The position numbers and the translations under genes were made by a program. Under the pieces are notes generated by a model that saw only the letters and a list, made by a program, of their open reading frames with translations, searched no databases and was not told the DNA's origin. This document shows positions 17,706 to 28,348 of a stretch of DNA of 64,000 bases, one piece after another; the stretch's first letter is position 1; each line of letters opens with the position of its first letter. The stretch is from Halarcobacter sp. (GTDB lineage: Bacteria; Campylobacterota; Campylobacteria; Campylobacterales; Arcobacteraceae), in the NCBI GenBank assembly GCA_048571215.1, contig CP182352.1, positions 1,472,001-1,536,000 of the forward strand, read 5' to 3'.

Positions 17706-18548
17706 ATGAATAGATATAATATTAACCAAGAAGAGTTAAAGGATTATTTAGGGTTTGGTGTTGCAGGTAATTTTGCGAATCACTTAGGTGAAGCTGGAGA
17801 AGCAGATGAATTCTCTGTAATTGAAACAAAAGAAAAAGATGCACCAAAAGGATTATTCCCCTTTTATATACCAAATCATGACACCTTTTTAGGTCAATAC
17901 CCTATTTCAACGGACAAAATAAATCATAATGATATTGAACATTTGCAAGTTGAAGCAGAAGTTGCATTAATATGTGATTTTGAGTATAAAGGTGAAAAAT
18001 TAATAGATATAAAACCAAAATATTTTGGTGCTTTTAATGACTGTTCAAATAGAATCCAAGATGGAAATAAACTAAGTACAAAGAAAAACTGGGGAGAATC
18101 ATCAAAGGGGATATCACCAGATTTTATAAAAATAGATAGTTTTGAAGAAGATGGTATCTTAAGTCAATTTCATATAGCATCTTTTATTAGAAGAGATGGT
18201 ATCTTAAGAGATTATGGAACTGTAAGTGCTGTTAAATCATACTCTTATTTTTTTAAAGAGTTAAAAGATTGGATGATAGAAAAATTTAATACCCAAGAGG
18301 ATATGGGACCATTAGAAGAGTTACCACCTTTTATGAAAAATATAAAAGAGCACAAAGGTTTGTTAATAGCAGCAGGTGCAACAGCATATACAGAGTTTGG
18401 TAAAACAAACTATTTAAAAAAAGGAGATGAGATATTTGTATATGTTTATAATGCTCATTTTCACTCTTTTGATGATATTATGAATGATATGTCTGGTATG
18501 GATTTACACTTATCTCAATGTAGTAAATTACATCAAATAGTTGAGTAA
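17706..18548 (+). CDS. DUF5718-type protein with fumarylacetoacetate-hydrolase-like motifs
   Basis: GVAGNFANH, QVEAEVAL, FNDCSNR, KKNW resemble FAH superfamily GxNYxxH / ExE / NDxSxR / K motifs. Confidence 0.7.
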   Translation: MNRYNINQEELKDYLGFGVAGNFANHLGEAGEADEFSVIETKEKDAPKGLFPFYIPNHDTFLGQYPISTDKINHNDIEHLQVEAEVALICDFEYKGEKLIDIKPKYFGAFNDCSNRIQDGNKLSTKKNWGESSKGISPDFIKIDSFEEDGILSQFHIASFIRRDGILRDYGTVSAVKSYSYFFKELKDWMIEKFNTQEDMGPLEELPPFMKNIKEHKGLLIAAGATAYTEFGKTNYLKKGDEIFVYVYNAHFHSFDDIMNDMSGMDLHLSQCSKLHQIVE

Positions 18549-18693
18549 GAACTTTTTAGTTCTTACTTAAACTTGCCTACTAATAAATACTAAAATCTTA
18601 ATATTATCTCTATTATTTAAAACATATAAGAAATTATAATTTGTAATCATTTTATGATAAAATATAATATTGAGGAAAATTAAGGAGTGTCTT

Positions 18694-21099
18694 ATGGAAA
18701 AATCAAAAAACAATAGTTTTGGAAATAAACTGCTAATAAGAATACTAGGTGCTACTACTATAGTATTTATTATTACTATTTTCTTTATCTCAAAATATTC
18801 TTATGAAACAGCAGAGTCTGGTGCAGAAACATATGTAAAAGAGATGGCAAGTAACTACGCCTCACAAATAAAAGGAGATATTGATCTTTCTATATCAATT
18901 GTTAAGACACTTAAATCTGAATTTCAAGAAGCTATAAATCATAATAAAAAGCTTGATGAAAAAGAAACTATCGCAATGTTAAAATCTGTATTAAGAGACA
19001 ATGACCAACTTTTAGGTTTATGGTGGTCACTAAAAAACCCTAGTCTCTTATATGATTTAAAATCTAATGAAAACAATCTTCCAGATAATTGGTATGCAAA
19101 AAGTGGTGAGTTTTCTCCTTATGTAACAAGGGGTAAAGATGGTATTATTGTTCAAAAAGGTTCTGATTATAATGAAGAAAATAGTTGGATAAAAGGTCCT
19201 AAGGAAGCTGGCAAAGAGTTTATTACTAAACCCTATGTTTTTTCTATTGCTGGAATTGAGACACTTATGACAACTGTTGCCATCCCACTTTATAAAGATG
19301 GTGAATATGTAGGAGTTATTGGGGCGGAAATAGCTCTTGATACCTTTTCTAAATTAGCAAAATCAATAAAAGTATATGATAATGGATATGCTTTTATTGT
19401 TGATAGCTATGATGTTATTTTAGGTCATCCTAAAGAAAATTTTGTAGCAAAGAATTTACTTGAAATTACAAAAAATGATAGTGACTATAAAACTGCACTT
19501 GATAGTATTTCTAAAAATAAAGATTATCTTTTTACAAAAAAGTCAATTGAAAATAATTTAGAATCTTTATACTATGCAAAACCATTTACTATAAAAGGTG
19601 CTGATGTAAATTGGGCAATTTTTGTTAATGCTCCAATTGAAGAATATCTTTCTTTAGCAATCTTTGTAAGAAATTTCTCTATTGTAGCTGCGTTTCTTGG
19701 AATCTTTATAATTGGTGTAATAATTTTTTTAAGTGTAAAAGAATTAAAATCAAATCTAAATCTGATCACTAATGGTTTAAAATCTTTTTTCCAATACTTA
19801 AATAAAGAATCAAATACTACAGAACAGATTCAATTAGTTTCAAATGATGAGTTTGGACAAATGGCAAAAAATATCAATAATAATATTGTAAAAATCTCAA
19901 AAAGCATAAATGAAGACAATCTGCTAATTGAAGATGTAAAAAGAATTGTTAATCAAGTTAGTAGTGGTTACTTAGAAAATAGAATCGAAAAAGACACTTC
20001 TACAGACTCATTAAATGAATTGAAAAACCTATTAAATAATATGCTTAACAACTTAGAGTCTTTAGTTGGTAAAGATATCAATAAAATAAGTGAAGTTCTT
20101 AGCAGGTACACAAAAAGAGATTTCAAAGCTAAACTTGATAAAGATACGTCTGGTAAAATTGGTTCAGAATTAATTGAGATGAATAAAATGATGACTCAAA
20201 TGCTTCAAGATAGCCAAAGGGATGGAAACAACCTGCAAAAAAGTTCAAATGAATTAACTCAAAATGTTGGAACATTAAGTAAAAATGCAACTTCACAAGC
20301 TGCATCATTAGAAGAAACTGCTGCATCAATTGATGAGATTACAGGTAATATTCAACAAACAAGTGTAAAAGCACAAGAGATGTTAAGCATTTCAAATGAG
20401 ACTAAAGAGTCTGCACAAACTGGTAAAAACTTAGCAAATGATACAGTTCAAGCTATGGATGAGATAAATGAAACAGTTATTAATATTAATGAAGCTATTT
20501 CAGTAATCGACCAAATTGCATTCCAAACAAATATTCTATCACTTAATGCAGCAGTTGAAGCTGCAACTGCAGGTGAAGCTGGAAAAGGGTTTGCAGTTGT
20601 TGCACAAGAGGTTAGAAACCTTGCAAGTAGAAGTGCAGAAGCAGCAAAAGAGATTAAAGACTTAGTTGAAAATGCAACTACAAGAGCAAATAATGGTAAA
20701 GTGATTAGTACTAAGATGATTGAAGGTTTTAGTTCACTTGAAGAGAAAATCTCAAGCACAAATAATCTAATTGATGATGTATCAAATGCTGCAAAAGAAC
20801 AAAATTTGGGTATGACTCAAATTGCAGATGCAATGAATCAATTAGATAAGTTTACTCAAGAAAATGCTGCTATAGCTGACCAAACAAATGATATTGCAAA
20901 AGTAACAAATAATATTGCTATTGAAGTTGTTAAAAATGTTGATAGAAATGATTTTGATGGTAAAAACCTACAAATTGATATATCAAATCAGAAAAAAGAA
21001 AAAACAACTCACTTAAATGAGAATAAAAAAGTTAAAGCACCAACTAAAACAATATATTCTCAAAAGAAAGAAGAAAAAGATGAATGGGAAAGCTTTTAG
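18694..21099 (+). CDS. Methyl-accepting chemotaxis protein with dCache sensor
   Basis: Two TM segments, ITKPY Cache motif, [17 protein letters not shown] hairpin tip, C-terminal EWESF pentapeptide; AAGGAG RBS favours ATG at 18694 over TTG at 18670. Confidence 0.93.
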   Translation: MEKSKNNSFGNKLLIRILGATTIVFIITIFFISKYSYETAESGAETYVKEMASNYASQIKGDIDLSISIVKTLKSEFQEAINHNKKLDEKETIAMLKSVLRDNDQLLGLWWSLKNPSLLYDLKSNENNLPDNWYAKSGEFSPYVTRGKDGIIVQKGSDYNEENSWIKGPKEAGKEFITKPYVFSIAGIETLMTTVAIPLYKDGEYVGVIGAEIALDTFSKLAKSIKVYDNGYAFIVDSYDVILGHPKENFVAKNLLEITKNDSDYKTALDSISKNKDYLFTKKSIENNLESLYYAKPFTIKGADVNWAIFVNAPIEEYLSLAIFVRNFSIVAAFLGIFIIGVIIFLSVKELKSNLNLITNGLKSFFQYLNKESNTTEQIQLVSNDEFGQMAKNINNNIVKISKSINEDNLLIEDVKRIVNQVSSGYLENRIEKDTSTDSLNELKNLLNNMLNNLESLVGKDINKISEVLSRYTKRDFKAKLDKDTSGKIGSELIEMNKMMTQMLQDSQRDGNNLQKSSNELTQNVGTLSKNATSQAASLEETAASIDEITGNIQQTSVKAQEMLSISNETKESAQTGKNLANDTVQAMDEINETVININEAISVIDQIAFQTNILSLNAAVEAATAGEAGKGFAVVAQEVRNLASRSAEAAKEIKDLVENATTRANNGKVISTKMIEGFSSLEEKISSTNNLIDDVSNAAKEQNLGMTQIADAMNQLDKFTQENAAIADQTNDIAKVTNNIAIEVVKNVDRNDFDGKNLQIDISNQKKEKTTHLNENKKVKAPTKTIYSQKKEEKDEWESF

Positions 21100-21106
21100 A
21101 AGTTGA

Positions 21107-21138
21107 TATAAGAGATTTTAAATATAAAATCTCTTATA
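21107..21138. terminator. Bidirectional terminator-like hairpin
   Basis: TATAAGAGATTTTA/TAAAATCTCTTATA 14-bp stem between convergent genes. Confidence 0.65.
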
Positions 21139-21781
21139 CCTCCATATAAAAATCTTTTATATATTTTGTTTCACCTAAAAATACCAAAGAATCATCTTTT
21201 TTTATTTTATATGAACTATCGATATCAAATATCCAATTACCTTCTGTTTTGTAGGAAACTATTTTTAAATTTTTATGTTCTGCTTCAATAGTTGATATAT
21301 TTTTAGAAATAAAATTATCATTTGCAATAAGTTTAACTATTCTAATACTATTACTTATATCAATCTCCTCTATTGTTACATTATCTATTAGTTTCTTTAC
21401 AAGCATCCTTCCAGCTATTTTTTCAGGAGAAATAACTTTATAGGCTCCTATTTTTGATAAAATATCTCCATGGGTATCTGTAATTGCTTTAGCAATAATT
21501 CTTTTGTTGTTTAAATCTTTTAAAGCCATAACAGTTAGAATACTAGCTTCTATATTTTCACCAATACTTACAATAACTGTATTTAGATTGTATATCCCAA
21601 CCTCCTCTAAAGCTTGTTTATTTGTACTATCTATAACATAAGAATTATCTATATATTCACTTGTTTCCTGAACTTTTTTTTCATCATTGTCAACAGCTAT
21701 TACTGTAACATTAAGTTTAGCAATACATTTTGCGATATAAGAACCAAACTTTCCTAAACCTATCACTGCTATTGTTTTCAT
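21134..21781 (-). CDS. ktrA: Ktr/Trk potassium uptake RCK subunit
   Basis: VIGLGKFG Rossmann motif, VSIGENIEASIL, KIGAYKVISPE. Confidence 0.88.
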   Translation of the reverse strand: MKTIAVIGLGKFGSYIAKCIAKLNVTVIAVDNDEKKVQETSEYIDNSYVIDSTNKQALEEVGIYNLNTVIVSIGENIEASILTVMALKDLNNKRIIAKAITDTHGDILSKIGAYKVISPEKIAGRMLVKKLIDNVTIEEIDISNSIRIVKLIANDNFISKNISTIEAEHKNLKIVSYKTEGNWIFDIDSSYKIKKDDSLVFLGETKYIKDFYMEV

Positions 21782-23103
21782 ATGATTATCCTTCCAACTG
21801 GGTATTTAAAATGTCTTGTTTTTGCTTTTCCTATTAAAACTAAACCAAAGGCAAAAACCCCTAACCTTCCTGCTAGCATCAATACTATAATAATACTTTT
21901 CCCTAGGGTATCAAATTGTTGGGAAAAACTTAAAATATCTCCATTTCCTGTAGAAACTCCAACTGTACCAAATGCCGATGCAACCTCAAATAAAATTCTT
22001 AGAAATGGTAACTCTTGGGTTTCTACCAATATTAAAACTGCAAAAAGTACAAAAAATGAGGAAGATATAATTATTGCTAATGCTTTATTTATAACTTTTT
22101 GTTCAATTGTTCTTTTAAAAATACTTGGTTGTTGATTACTCTCTTTTAAAATATAAATTACTGTAATAACCAAAATAGCAACAGTAGTTATTTTTATTCC
22201 ACCGGCTGTACTTCCTTGCCCTGCTCCTGTCATCATAAAAATAGTTGAAAAAAACAAAGATGAATCTTTTAAACCACTAAGGTCTATACTATTAAAGCCA
22301 CTAGTTCTAAAGTTTATTGATAAAAAAAATGCATTTAATATTTTTTTATATATATTTAGTTCCCCAAAAGTTTTAGGATTGTCCCATTCAATTGATAAAA
22401 ATAGAATCATTCCTGCTATTATTAAAATAAAAGTTCCATATATCATAATTCGTGTATGGATTGTAAAGCGTTTAGAGAACATCCTATTTTCATAAATCTC
22501 AATCAGCACAAAATATCCCAAACCTCCACTTATTACAAGAACTGAAATTGTAATTAAAGAGATAGCATCCCCTTGAAAGCCTATAAGACTATCTTTAAAC
22601 AAAGAAAACCCTGCATTGTTAAAAGCACTAATACTATGAAAGATACCAAACCACAAAGCTTGAAAAAACTCATGTTTCTCCATAAATTGTATTGTTAAAA
22701 TAATAGAACCAACTAGTTCTATAAAAAGAACAACAATAAAAATCTTTTTCAAAAAACTTGCCACATGAAGATTTGGTAAATCTAAAGATTGTTTTATAGC
22801 TTTTTTCTCATCAAGATTTAGTTTATGTCTAATAAATAAAAAAAAGATAATAACTAAAGACATATACCCAATCCCACCTATTTGAATAAGTAGTAATATA
22901 ATAAATTCACCAAAAAAAGTGAAATTTTCAGAGGTGCTAGTAACAATCAATCCAGTTACACAAGTTGCACTAGCAGCTGTAAAAATTGCATCTATAAATT
23001 TCAAGTCACCAATATGACAAATTGGCAAAGCTAATATAATACCCCCAAAGAATATTATAAGAACATAACCTAAAAATATAGATCTTACATATTTATATTC
23101 CAT
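21778..23103 (-). CDS. ktrB: Ktr/TrkH potassium uptake membrane subunit
   Basis: Pore loops SATCVTGL, SAFNNAGF, RTSGF, SAFGTVG; GSTAGGIK. Confidence 0.9.
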   Translation of the reverse strand: MEYKYVRSIFLGYVLIIFFGGIILALPICHIGDLKFIDAIFTAASATCVTGLIVTSTSENFTFFGEFIILLLIQIGGIGYMSLVIIFFLFIRHKLNLDEKKAIKQSLDLPNLHVASFLKKIFIVVLFIELVGSIILTIQFMEKHEFFQALWFGIFHSISAFNNAGFSLFKDSLIGFQGDAISLITISVLVISGGLGYFVLIEIYENRMFSKRFTIHTRIMIYGTFILIIAGMILFLSIEWDNPKTFGELNIYKKILNAFFLSINFRTSGFNSIDLSGLKDSSLFFSTIFMMTGAGQGSTAGGIKITTVAILVITVIYILKESNQQPSIFKRTIEQKVINKALAIIISSSFFVLFAVLILVETQELPFLRILFEVASAFGTVGVSTGNGDILSFSQQFDTLGKSIIIVLMLAGRLGVFAFGLVLIGKAKTRHFKYPVGRIII

Positions 23104-23114
23104 TGATTATCTTA

Positions 23115-23804
23115 TTATTCTTGATTGCAAGAGAATCTATATCCAATACCTGATTCGGTTTTTATGTAAGTTGGTCTTGTACTATTTAATTCTATTTTTT
23201 TCCTTAATACATTCACATAAGTTCTTAGATATTGCATCTCATTTTGATAACCAACACCCCAAACCTCTTCTAAAATCTGTCTATGGGTTAATGTTTTATT
23301 AGCATTTATTATAAAGTATTTTAAAAGTTCGTACTCTATAGGGGTTAATTTAAGCTTTTCACCTCTAAGTTTTATATCTCTAGCTAAAATATCCAACTCT
23401 AACTCATTGCATTCAAACTTATTTTCAACCACATCTGCGGTGATATTTCTTCTTAGATTCGCTCTTATTCTTGCTAATAATTCATTTACTGAAAATGGTT
23501 TAGTGATATAATCATCTGCACCTACATCTAAAGCTGCTACAATCTCGTCTTCATCATGTCTTGCTGTTAAAACAATAATTGGTATTTTAGATATCTCTCG
23601 TATCTCTTTTATAAAATCTTTTCCATCCCCATCAGGTAAACCTAAATCAACTATTAAAAGATTAGGGTTATGACTTAAATACATCATCAAAGCATTTTTT
23701 TTGCTCTCACTTGAGATATAGTTAAAATCATACTCCTTAAAAGTGATTTCTAATAATTTCTTAACTGAAGCATCATCTTCAATTATATGTATTAAATGTT
23801 TCAT
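23115..23804 (-). CDS. KdpE-like OmpR family response regulator
   Basis: DLGLPDGDG receiver, GADDYITKPF, LTHRQIL..VWG, YLRTYV, TESGIGY. Confidence 0.9.
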   Translation of the reverse strand: MKHLIHIIEDDASVKKLLEITFKEYDFNYISSESKKNALMMYLSHNPNLLIVDLGLPDGDGKDFIKEIREISKIPIIVLTARHDEDEIVAALDVGADDYITKPFSVNELLARIRANLRRNITADVVENKFECNELELDILARDIKLRGEKLKLTPIEYELLKYFIINANKTLTHRQILEEVWGVGYQNEMQYLRTYVNVLRKKIELNSTRPTYIKTESGIGYRFSCNQE

Positions 23805-24832
23805 ATTAGTTTTGCTCTTTTCAATATTGGTAGTTCTATCTCTATTAATATTCCATTATTTTGAGAAACTGCTTTTATCTCACCACTATGAAGTTTTACT
23901 ATACTTTTACAAATGGCCAAACCTATCCCACTGCCTGAAATATCATTTGTATCCTCAAACCTATAAAATTTATCAAATATATTTTTTAATTTGTTTTTAT
24001 TTATAAACTCTGCTTCATTAAAAATTTTGATTATTATTGAATTTGTTAGACTTAATATATCTAAATATATTTTTGTATTTTGTTTAGAATATTTAAAAGC
24101 ATTATCAAGAAGATTAATCATTAGTTGAGTTAAAAGGGTATTATCTCCCCAAAAAAGGCTAAGTTCATCTATATTTATTACTAGATTTTCATCGGTTTGT
24201 ATTTGGGGAAACTCATCTAAAGCAACACCTAAAATATCTTCAAAATCACACCATTGTTGCTTTAAATCAATTTCACCACTTGATAACCTAGTACTATCTA
24301 AAAGGTTTGTAATAAGCCTTTTCATTCTTAAAGAGGCATAATTAATATCTTCAAGGAGGCTATCTTTGCTTTTTTCATCTAATTTATTATTTGATAAGAT
24401 AAGATTGATACTGCCATGAATAGTAGATAAAGGAGTTCTAAGGTCATGGGAAATTATATGCAATAAACTTTCTCTAAGCTCATTTTGCTTTGTTTGGGTA
24501 CTAAGGTTTTTAGCTTGTACAGTAATAATCCACCCTACAATACCAAAAATAAAAAAACTCCATATGTAGAGCTCATTGTGAACTGAAAAGCTGTATAATG
24601 GAGGGATATATAAAAAGTTTAAAAATATCACGCTTAGAAAAGTCATAAAAAATGTAGCTTTTAGTTTACCATGTATCGCAACAACAACAACAGGTATAAT
24701 GTGTATTAGCGAAATATTTATAATATCTAAATGCTCTCTAAAAATATGACTTATTACTGTAATAACTACTAATATACCAAAGGCTTTAAGCAGATAATTA
24801 TACTTTCTATATTTAGTCAAAAAACTTTTCAT
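23801..24832 (-). CDS. Short KdpD-like sensor histidine kinase (DUF4118 TM domain + HisKA + HATPase)
   Basis: Four TM segments with NFLYIPPLYSF, ISHDLRTPL, NLLDNAFKYS, GSGIGL; no N-terminal KdpD/USP or GAF domain. Confidence 0.88.
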   Translation of the reverse strand: MKSFLTKYRKYNYLLKAFGILVVITVISHIFREHLDIINISLIHIIPVVVVAIHGKLKATFFMTFLSVIFLNFLYIPPLYSFSVHNELYIWSFFIFGIVGWIITVQAKNLSTQTKQNELRESLLHIISHDLRTPLSTIHGSINLILSNNKLDEKSKDSLLEDINYASLRMKRLITNLLDSTRLSSGEIDLKQQWCDFEDILGVALDEFPQIQTDENLVINIDELSLFWGDNTLLTQLMINLLDNAFKYSKQNTKIYLDILSLTNSIIIKIFNEAEFINKNKLKNIFDKFYRFEDTNDISGSGIGLAICKSIVKLHSGEIKAVSQNNGILIEIELPILKRAKLI

Positions 24833-24833
24833 C

Positions 24834-24914
24834 TTATGCTTTAATTAATCTGATCACTAGAAAAAGTGTTAAAATAGATAATACAGCAAACATGCTTAGG
24901 TTTAAAATTGACAT
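24834..24914 (-). CDS. 26-aa single-TM peptide MSILNLSMFAVLSILTLFLVIRLIKA
   Basis: AAGGA RBS 6 nt before ATG; the TAA is separated from the kinase ATG by 1 nt; absent from the ORF track. Confidence 0.6.
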   Translation of the reverse strand: MSILNLSMFAVLSILTLFLVIRLIKA

Positions 24915-24944
24915 ATATTTTCCTTAGTATCAATCTCTAGATAT

Positions 24945-25008
24945 ATTATATGCAATATTATGTAAAGAGAGAATCAAAATTTTACAAATAAAATAAAGAT
25001 TTTATAAA
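24945..25008 (-). promoter_or_regulatory. Candidate promoter with KdpE-type direct repeats
   Basis: Minus strand TTTATA-AAATC-TTTATT (25008-24992), TTTACA-TAATA-TTGCAT (24966-24950) and TATAAT (24950-24945). Confidence 0.4.
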
Positions 25009-25040
25009 GATAGAACTAAATTTTAAATTTAACATTAAAA

Positions 25041-25220
25041 TTAATTCTTATTATTTTTTGGAAATATCATATTAACAAAAAGATAGATTAGTATAGGCAT
25101 TAGCACAAATAATACTAATAATATAGTTGTATTTAAATCATTTTGTATAGCAAAAAATAAAATAAAAGCGTAGATAAGAGTTAAAATTAGCTTTAGTTTT
25201 TTGTTAAATCGAGAATTCAT
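25041..25220 (-). CDS. 59-aa two-TM hypothetical protein (MNSRFNKKLKLILTLIYAF...FPKNNKN)
   Basis: GAGGTG RBS, 60-codon open frame, two hydrophobic helices with basic ends; absent from the ORF track. Confidence 0.6.
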   Translation of the reverse strand: MNSRFNKKLKLILTLIYAFILFFAIQNDLNTTILLVLFVLMPILIYLFVNMIFPKNNKN

Positions 25221-25266
25221 AAATCACCTCTAAATCCATCATAGCTTGTAAGAGGTTAATACACTC

Positions 25267-25830
25267 TTACAAATCTATCATAGCCTTAAAGAAAGCTCCA
25301 CTTCTACCTATATTTTCCACATGAACATGAAATTTTGCATCTAGTCTTCCATCTTCTATATATTGTTTTTTTACTTCTAGAATGATTGGAGTAGTTTTTC
25401 CAGGTATATCAACTACTTGATAAAACTCACAAAACATTGCTGTTTGTGTTGAAGCTATCATTGGTGGATAATCCTCTAATGGTCTTTGAACCTCTATTTC
25501 ATACTTTTCAACTTCACTCTCTTCTTTATCCAGCATATTTGCACAAAGTTTTACCTCTTCAACATTTGATTGATTTACAAAACAGATTGTTGCTTTTTTA
25601 TTTTTTAATATATTATGTAAACTATCTTTTGGAACTCCTGGCTCTTTTTGTCCTATTGATACTATAAGTGTTGCTGGATTGCTTGAAAGGGGTATAAAAT
25701 ATGAAAATGGTGCAGCATTTATTACTCCATTATCTTCTGTTACTATCCAGGCTATTGGTCTTGGTACAACTGTATCAGACATAATTTTATATCTATTTAA
25801 ATCCTCAACATCTTTATAATCTATAATCAT
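25267..25830 (-). CDS. Flavin reductase-like (split barrel FMN-binding) family protein
   Basis: VVPRPIAWIVT, NAAPFSYF, KDSLHNI motifs. Confidence 0.88.
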   Translation of the reverse strand: MIIDYKDVEDLNRYKIMSDTVVPRPIAWIVTEDNGVINAAPFSYFIPLSSNPATLIVSIGQKEPGVPKDSLHNILKNKKATICFVNQSNVEEVKLCANMLDKEESEVEKYEIEVQRPLEDYPPMIASTQTAMFCEFYQVVDIPGKTTPIILEVKKQYIEDGRLDAKFHVHVENIGRSGAFFKAMIDL

Positions 25831-25966
25831 CTAATTCTCCAATGTTTTTGTATTGATATGATATAAAAAAGCTTTTATAAATAGCTTAAAATTGTGCATA
25901 TAGGTATATTTTATAATTTTAATCACAATTTGATATAATCAATGGAAAAAAATTTAAAGGTGTTTT

Positions 25967-27259
25967 GTGAATAATAATATTATAGAAATTTTTAAACAAA
26001 TTACCGCTATACCTAGATGTAGTGGAAACCATCAAGCATTTATAAAATATATAATAAAATTTGCTTTAGAAACAGATTTTGAATGTACAGTTGATAAATA
26101 TAAAAATATTTTATGTAAAAAAAACAATAAAAAAGCAAATTTATGTTTACAAAGTCATTATGATATTGTATGTTTAAGTGAAAACTGTATCCCACAAATT
26201 ATAGAAAGTGATGGTTTTTTAAGTGCAAAAGAATCAACACTAGGTGCAGATAATGGAATTGGTTGTGCATATATGCTTGATTTGATGAGCAAAGGATATG
26301 AACTTGAATATCTATTTACAAGTGATGAGGAGATTGGTTTAATTGGTGCAAACAATTTAAATTTGGAATTAGACTCAAAATATATGTTAAACCTTGATAG
26401 TGAAAGTGAAGGTGAGATATGTATTGGCTGTGCAGGTGGAGTTGATGTTTTTGCAAAAAATAGCTCTAAAACAATAATTGCAAATGATGAAAATTATCAA
26501 CTTTATGAAGTATCAATTTCCAATTTAGCAGGTGGTCATAGTGGAGTTGATATTGATAAAAATATCCCAAATGCAATTAAACTAATTGGACAAACTATTA
26601 AAGAAAGTGATGCCTTATTGTTAGATATAAATGGGGGAGAAAGAATAAACTCAATCCCAGTTAATGTAAAAGCGATAATCGCCTCTAAGAGTGTACCCTT
26701 AAAATCCCATGAAAATATTTGTATAAATGAAATAGATACTAAAAGTGAACATTTTAATATTTGGAATAGTGATATTACCAATTTCATTTATACATTTGCA
26801 AATGGCGTTAGAGCATATGATAAAAAGCTAAATGTGGTTTTAGATTCAATAAATTTAGCAAAAATTCATACCACACAAGACTCAATTGAGATTGAATTAA
26901 GTGCCAGATCTATGTCAAATGAGGGCTTAAATAGTATCAAAAAAGAGACAGTTGTTTTATTAGAATCTTTTGGTTTTGAAGTAAGAACATCAGGAAAATA
27001 TCCAGCATGGAAACCAGATATAAATGAGTTTACACAAGAGGTTCTAAAAATTTATAAAAAATATGATGATAATGCTTCCCTTGAAGCTATTCATGCAGGT
27101 TTAGAATGTGCCATATTTAAACAAAATTATCCAAATATAAAAATAGCATCAATAGGACCTAATATCTTTAATCCCCACTCTAAAGCCGAAAGGGTTGAAC
27201 TAAAATCAATTGAAAACCTTTCAAAAATAGTTTTAGAGATAGTAAATAGCTTTAAATAA
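25967..27259 (+). CDS. pepD: M20 aminoacyl-histidine dipeptidase-like peptidase
   Basis: QSHYDIV, TLGADNGIG, DEEIGLIGA, NLDSE, GGHSG, IHAGLEC, HS motifs. Confidence 0.85.
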   Translation: MNNNIIEIFKQITAIPRCSGNHQAFIKYIIKFALETDFECTVDKYKNILCKKNNKKANLCLQSHYDIVCLSENCIPQIIESDGFLSAKESTLGADNGIGCAYMLDLMSKGYELEYLFTSDEEIGLIGANNLNLELDSKYMLNLDSESEGEICIGCAGGVDVFAKNSSKTIIANDENYQLYEVSISNLAGGHSGVDIDKNIPNAIKLIGQTIKESDALLLDINGGERINSIPVNVKAIIASKSVPLKSHENICINEIDTKSEHFNIWNSDITNFIYTFANGVRAYDKKLNVVLDSINLAKIHTTQDSIEIELSARSMSNEGLNSIKKETVVLLESFGFEVRTSGKYPAWKPDINEFTQEVLKIYKKYDDNASLEAIHAGLECAIFKQNYPNIKIASIGPNIFNPHSKAERVELKSIENLSKIVLEIVNSFK

Positions 27260-27261
27260 CC

Positions 27262-28347
27262 ATGACTAGCTTTGAAATTTCAAAAGAATGGAACTATCAT
27301 AACCTAGAGAAGAAAATAAAAGATTTTGATAACTTTTATAAAAAAAATTTAAACTCAAAGGAGCAATTAGTATTTGACTTTACAAGTTTAGATGAGATTG
27401 ACTCCTCAGGGATTATACTTATAATAAAATACTTAACACTCTTTTCAAAAAAAAATATAGATGTTAAACTAAAAAACATCTCTACAAAACATAATAAAAT
27501 GTTGGAATTATATAAAGCAAACTATACCCACAAAGACGAGATTATAGAGTATAAACCCAATATACTAGAATCTTTAGGTAAAGAGGCCTTAGATAGTAAA
27601 ACCTCCCTTAAAAACTTTTTTTATTTTTTAGGACGAGTTTTTATCTATTCACTTTACCTTTTAGCTCACCCATCTAAGATACGATTTAAAGCTATCACAA
27701 ACCAAATAGAAATAGCTGCTATACATATTCTACCTATTATAGCTTTGGCTCTTTTTTTGGTAGGTTTTGTTACAGCATACCAAGGTGCTGAACAGCTAAA
27801 TAAGTTTGGGGCAGCTATTATTGTTGTAGAGATGTCAACCATGTCTATGTTTAGAGAGATTGCTCCATTTTTAGCAGCAGTCATAGTAGCAGGAAGAAGT
27901 GCTTCATCTTTTACAGCTCAAATTGGAACTATGAAAATAACAGAAGAGATAAGTGCTATGAAAACTATGGGTTTAGATGTTGATATATTTTTGATTATTC
28001 CAAGAATCATTGCTCTTATAATTGTTATGCCCCTTTTAGTGTTTTTTGCCGATATGGCATCCCTACTTGGAGAGATGATTATTGTAAAGATACACCTAGG
28101 TATCTCTTATACACAATTTATCCATAGAATTTATGAGTATGTAGAAATAAGACATATTATGCTTGGAATACTAAAAGCCCCTTTATTTGGTATACTAATT
28201 GCAATAATTGGATGCTATAGAGGTTTACAAGTTAGAAGTGGGACAGATATAGGTAAATATACTACAAAAGCTGTCGTAGACTCGATTTTTTGGCTTATTA
28301 TAATAAATGCCTTAATCTCACTTTTATCTATACAGTTAGGATTTTAA
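27262..28347 (+). CDS. MlaE-family ABC permease with N-terminal STAS domain
   Basis: IDSSG STAS motif; REIAP, AGRSASSFTAQIGTMKITEEI. Confidence 0.9.
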   Translation: MTSFEISKEWNYHNLEKKIKDFDNFYKKNLNSKEQLVFDFTSLDEIDSSGIILIIKYLTLFSKKNIDVKLKNISTKHNKMLELYKANYTHKDEIIEYKPNILESLGKEALDSKTSLKNFFYFLGRVFIYSLYLLAHPSKIRFKAITNQIEIAAIHILPIIALALFLVGFVTAYQGAEQLNKFGAAIIVVEMSTMSMFREIAPFLAAVIVAGRSASSFTAQIGTMKITEEISAMKTMGLDVDIFLIIPRIIALIIVMPLLVFFADMASLLGEMIIVKIHLGISYTQFIHRIYEYVEIRHIMLGILKAPLFGILIAIIGCYRGLQVRSGTDIGKYTTKAVVDSIFWLIIINALISLLSIQLGF

Positions 28348-28348
28348 G

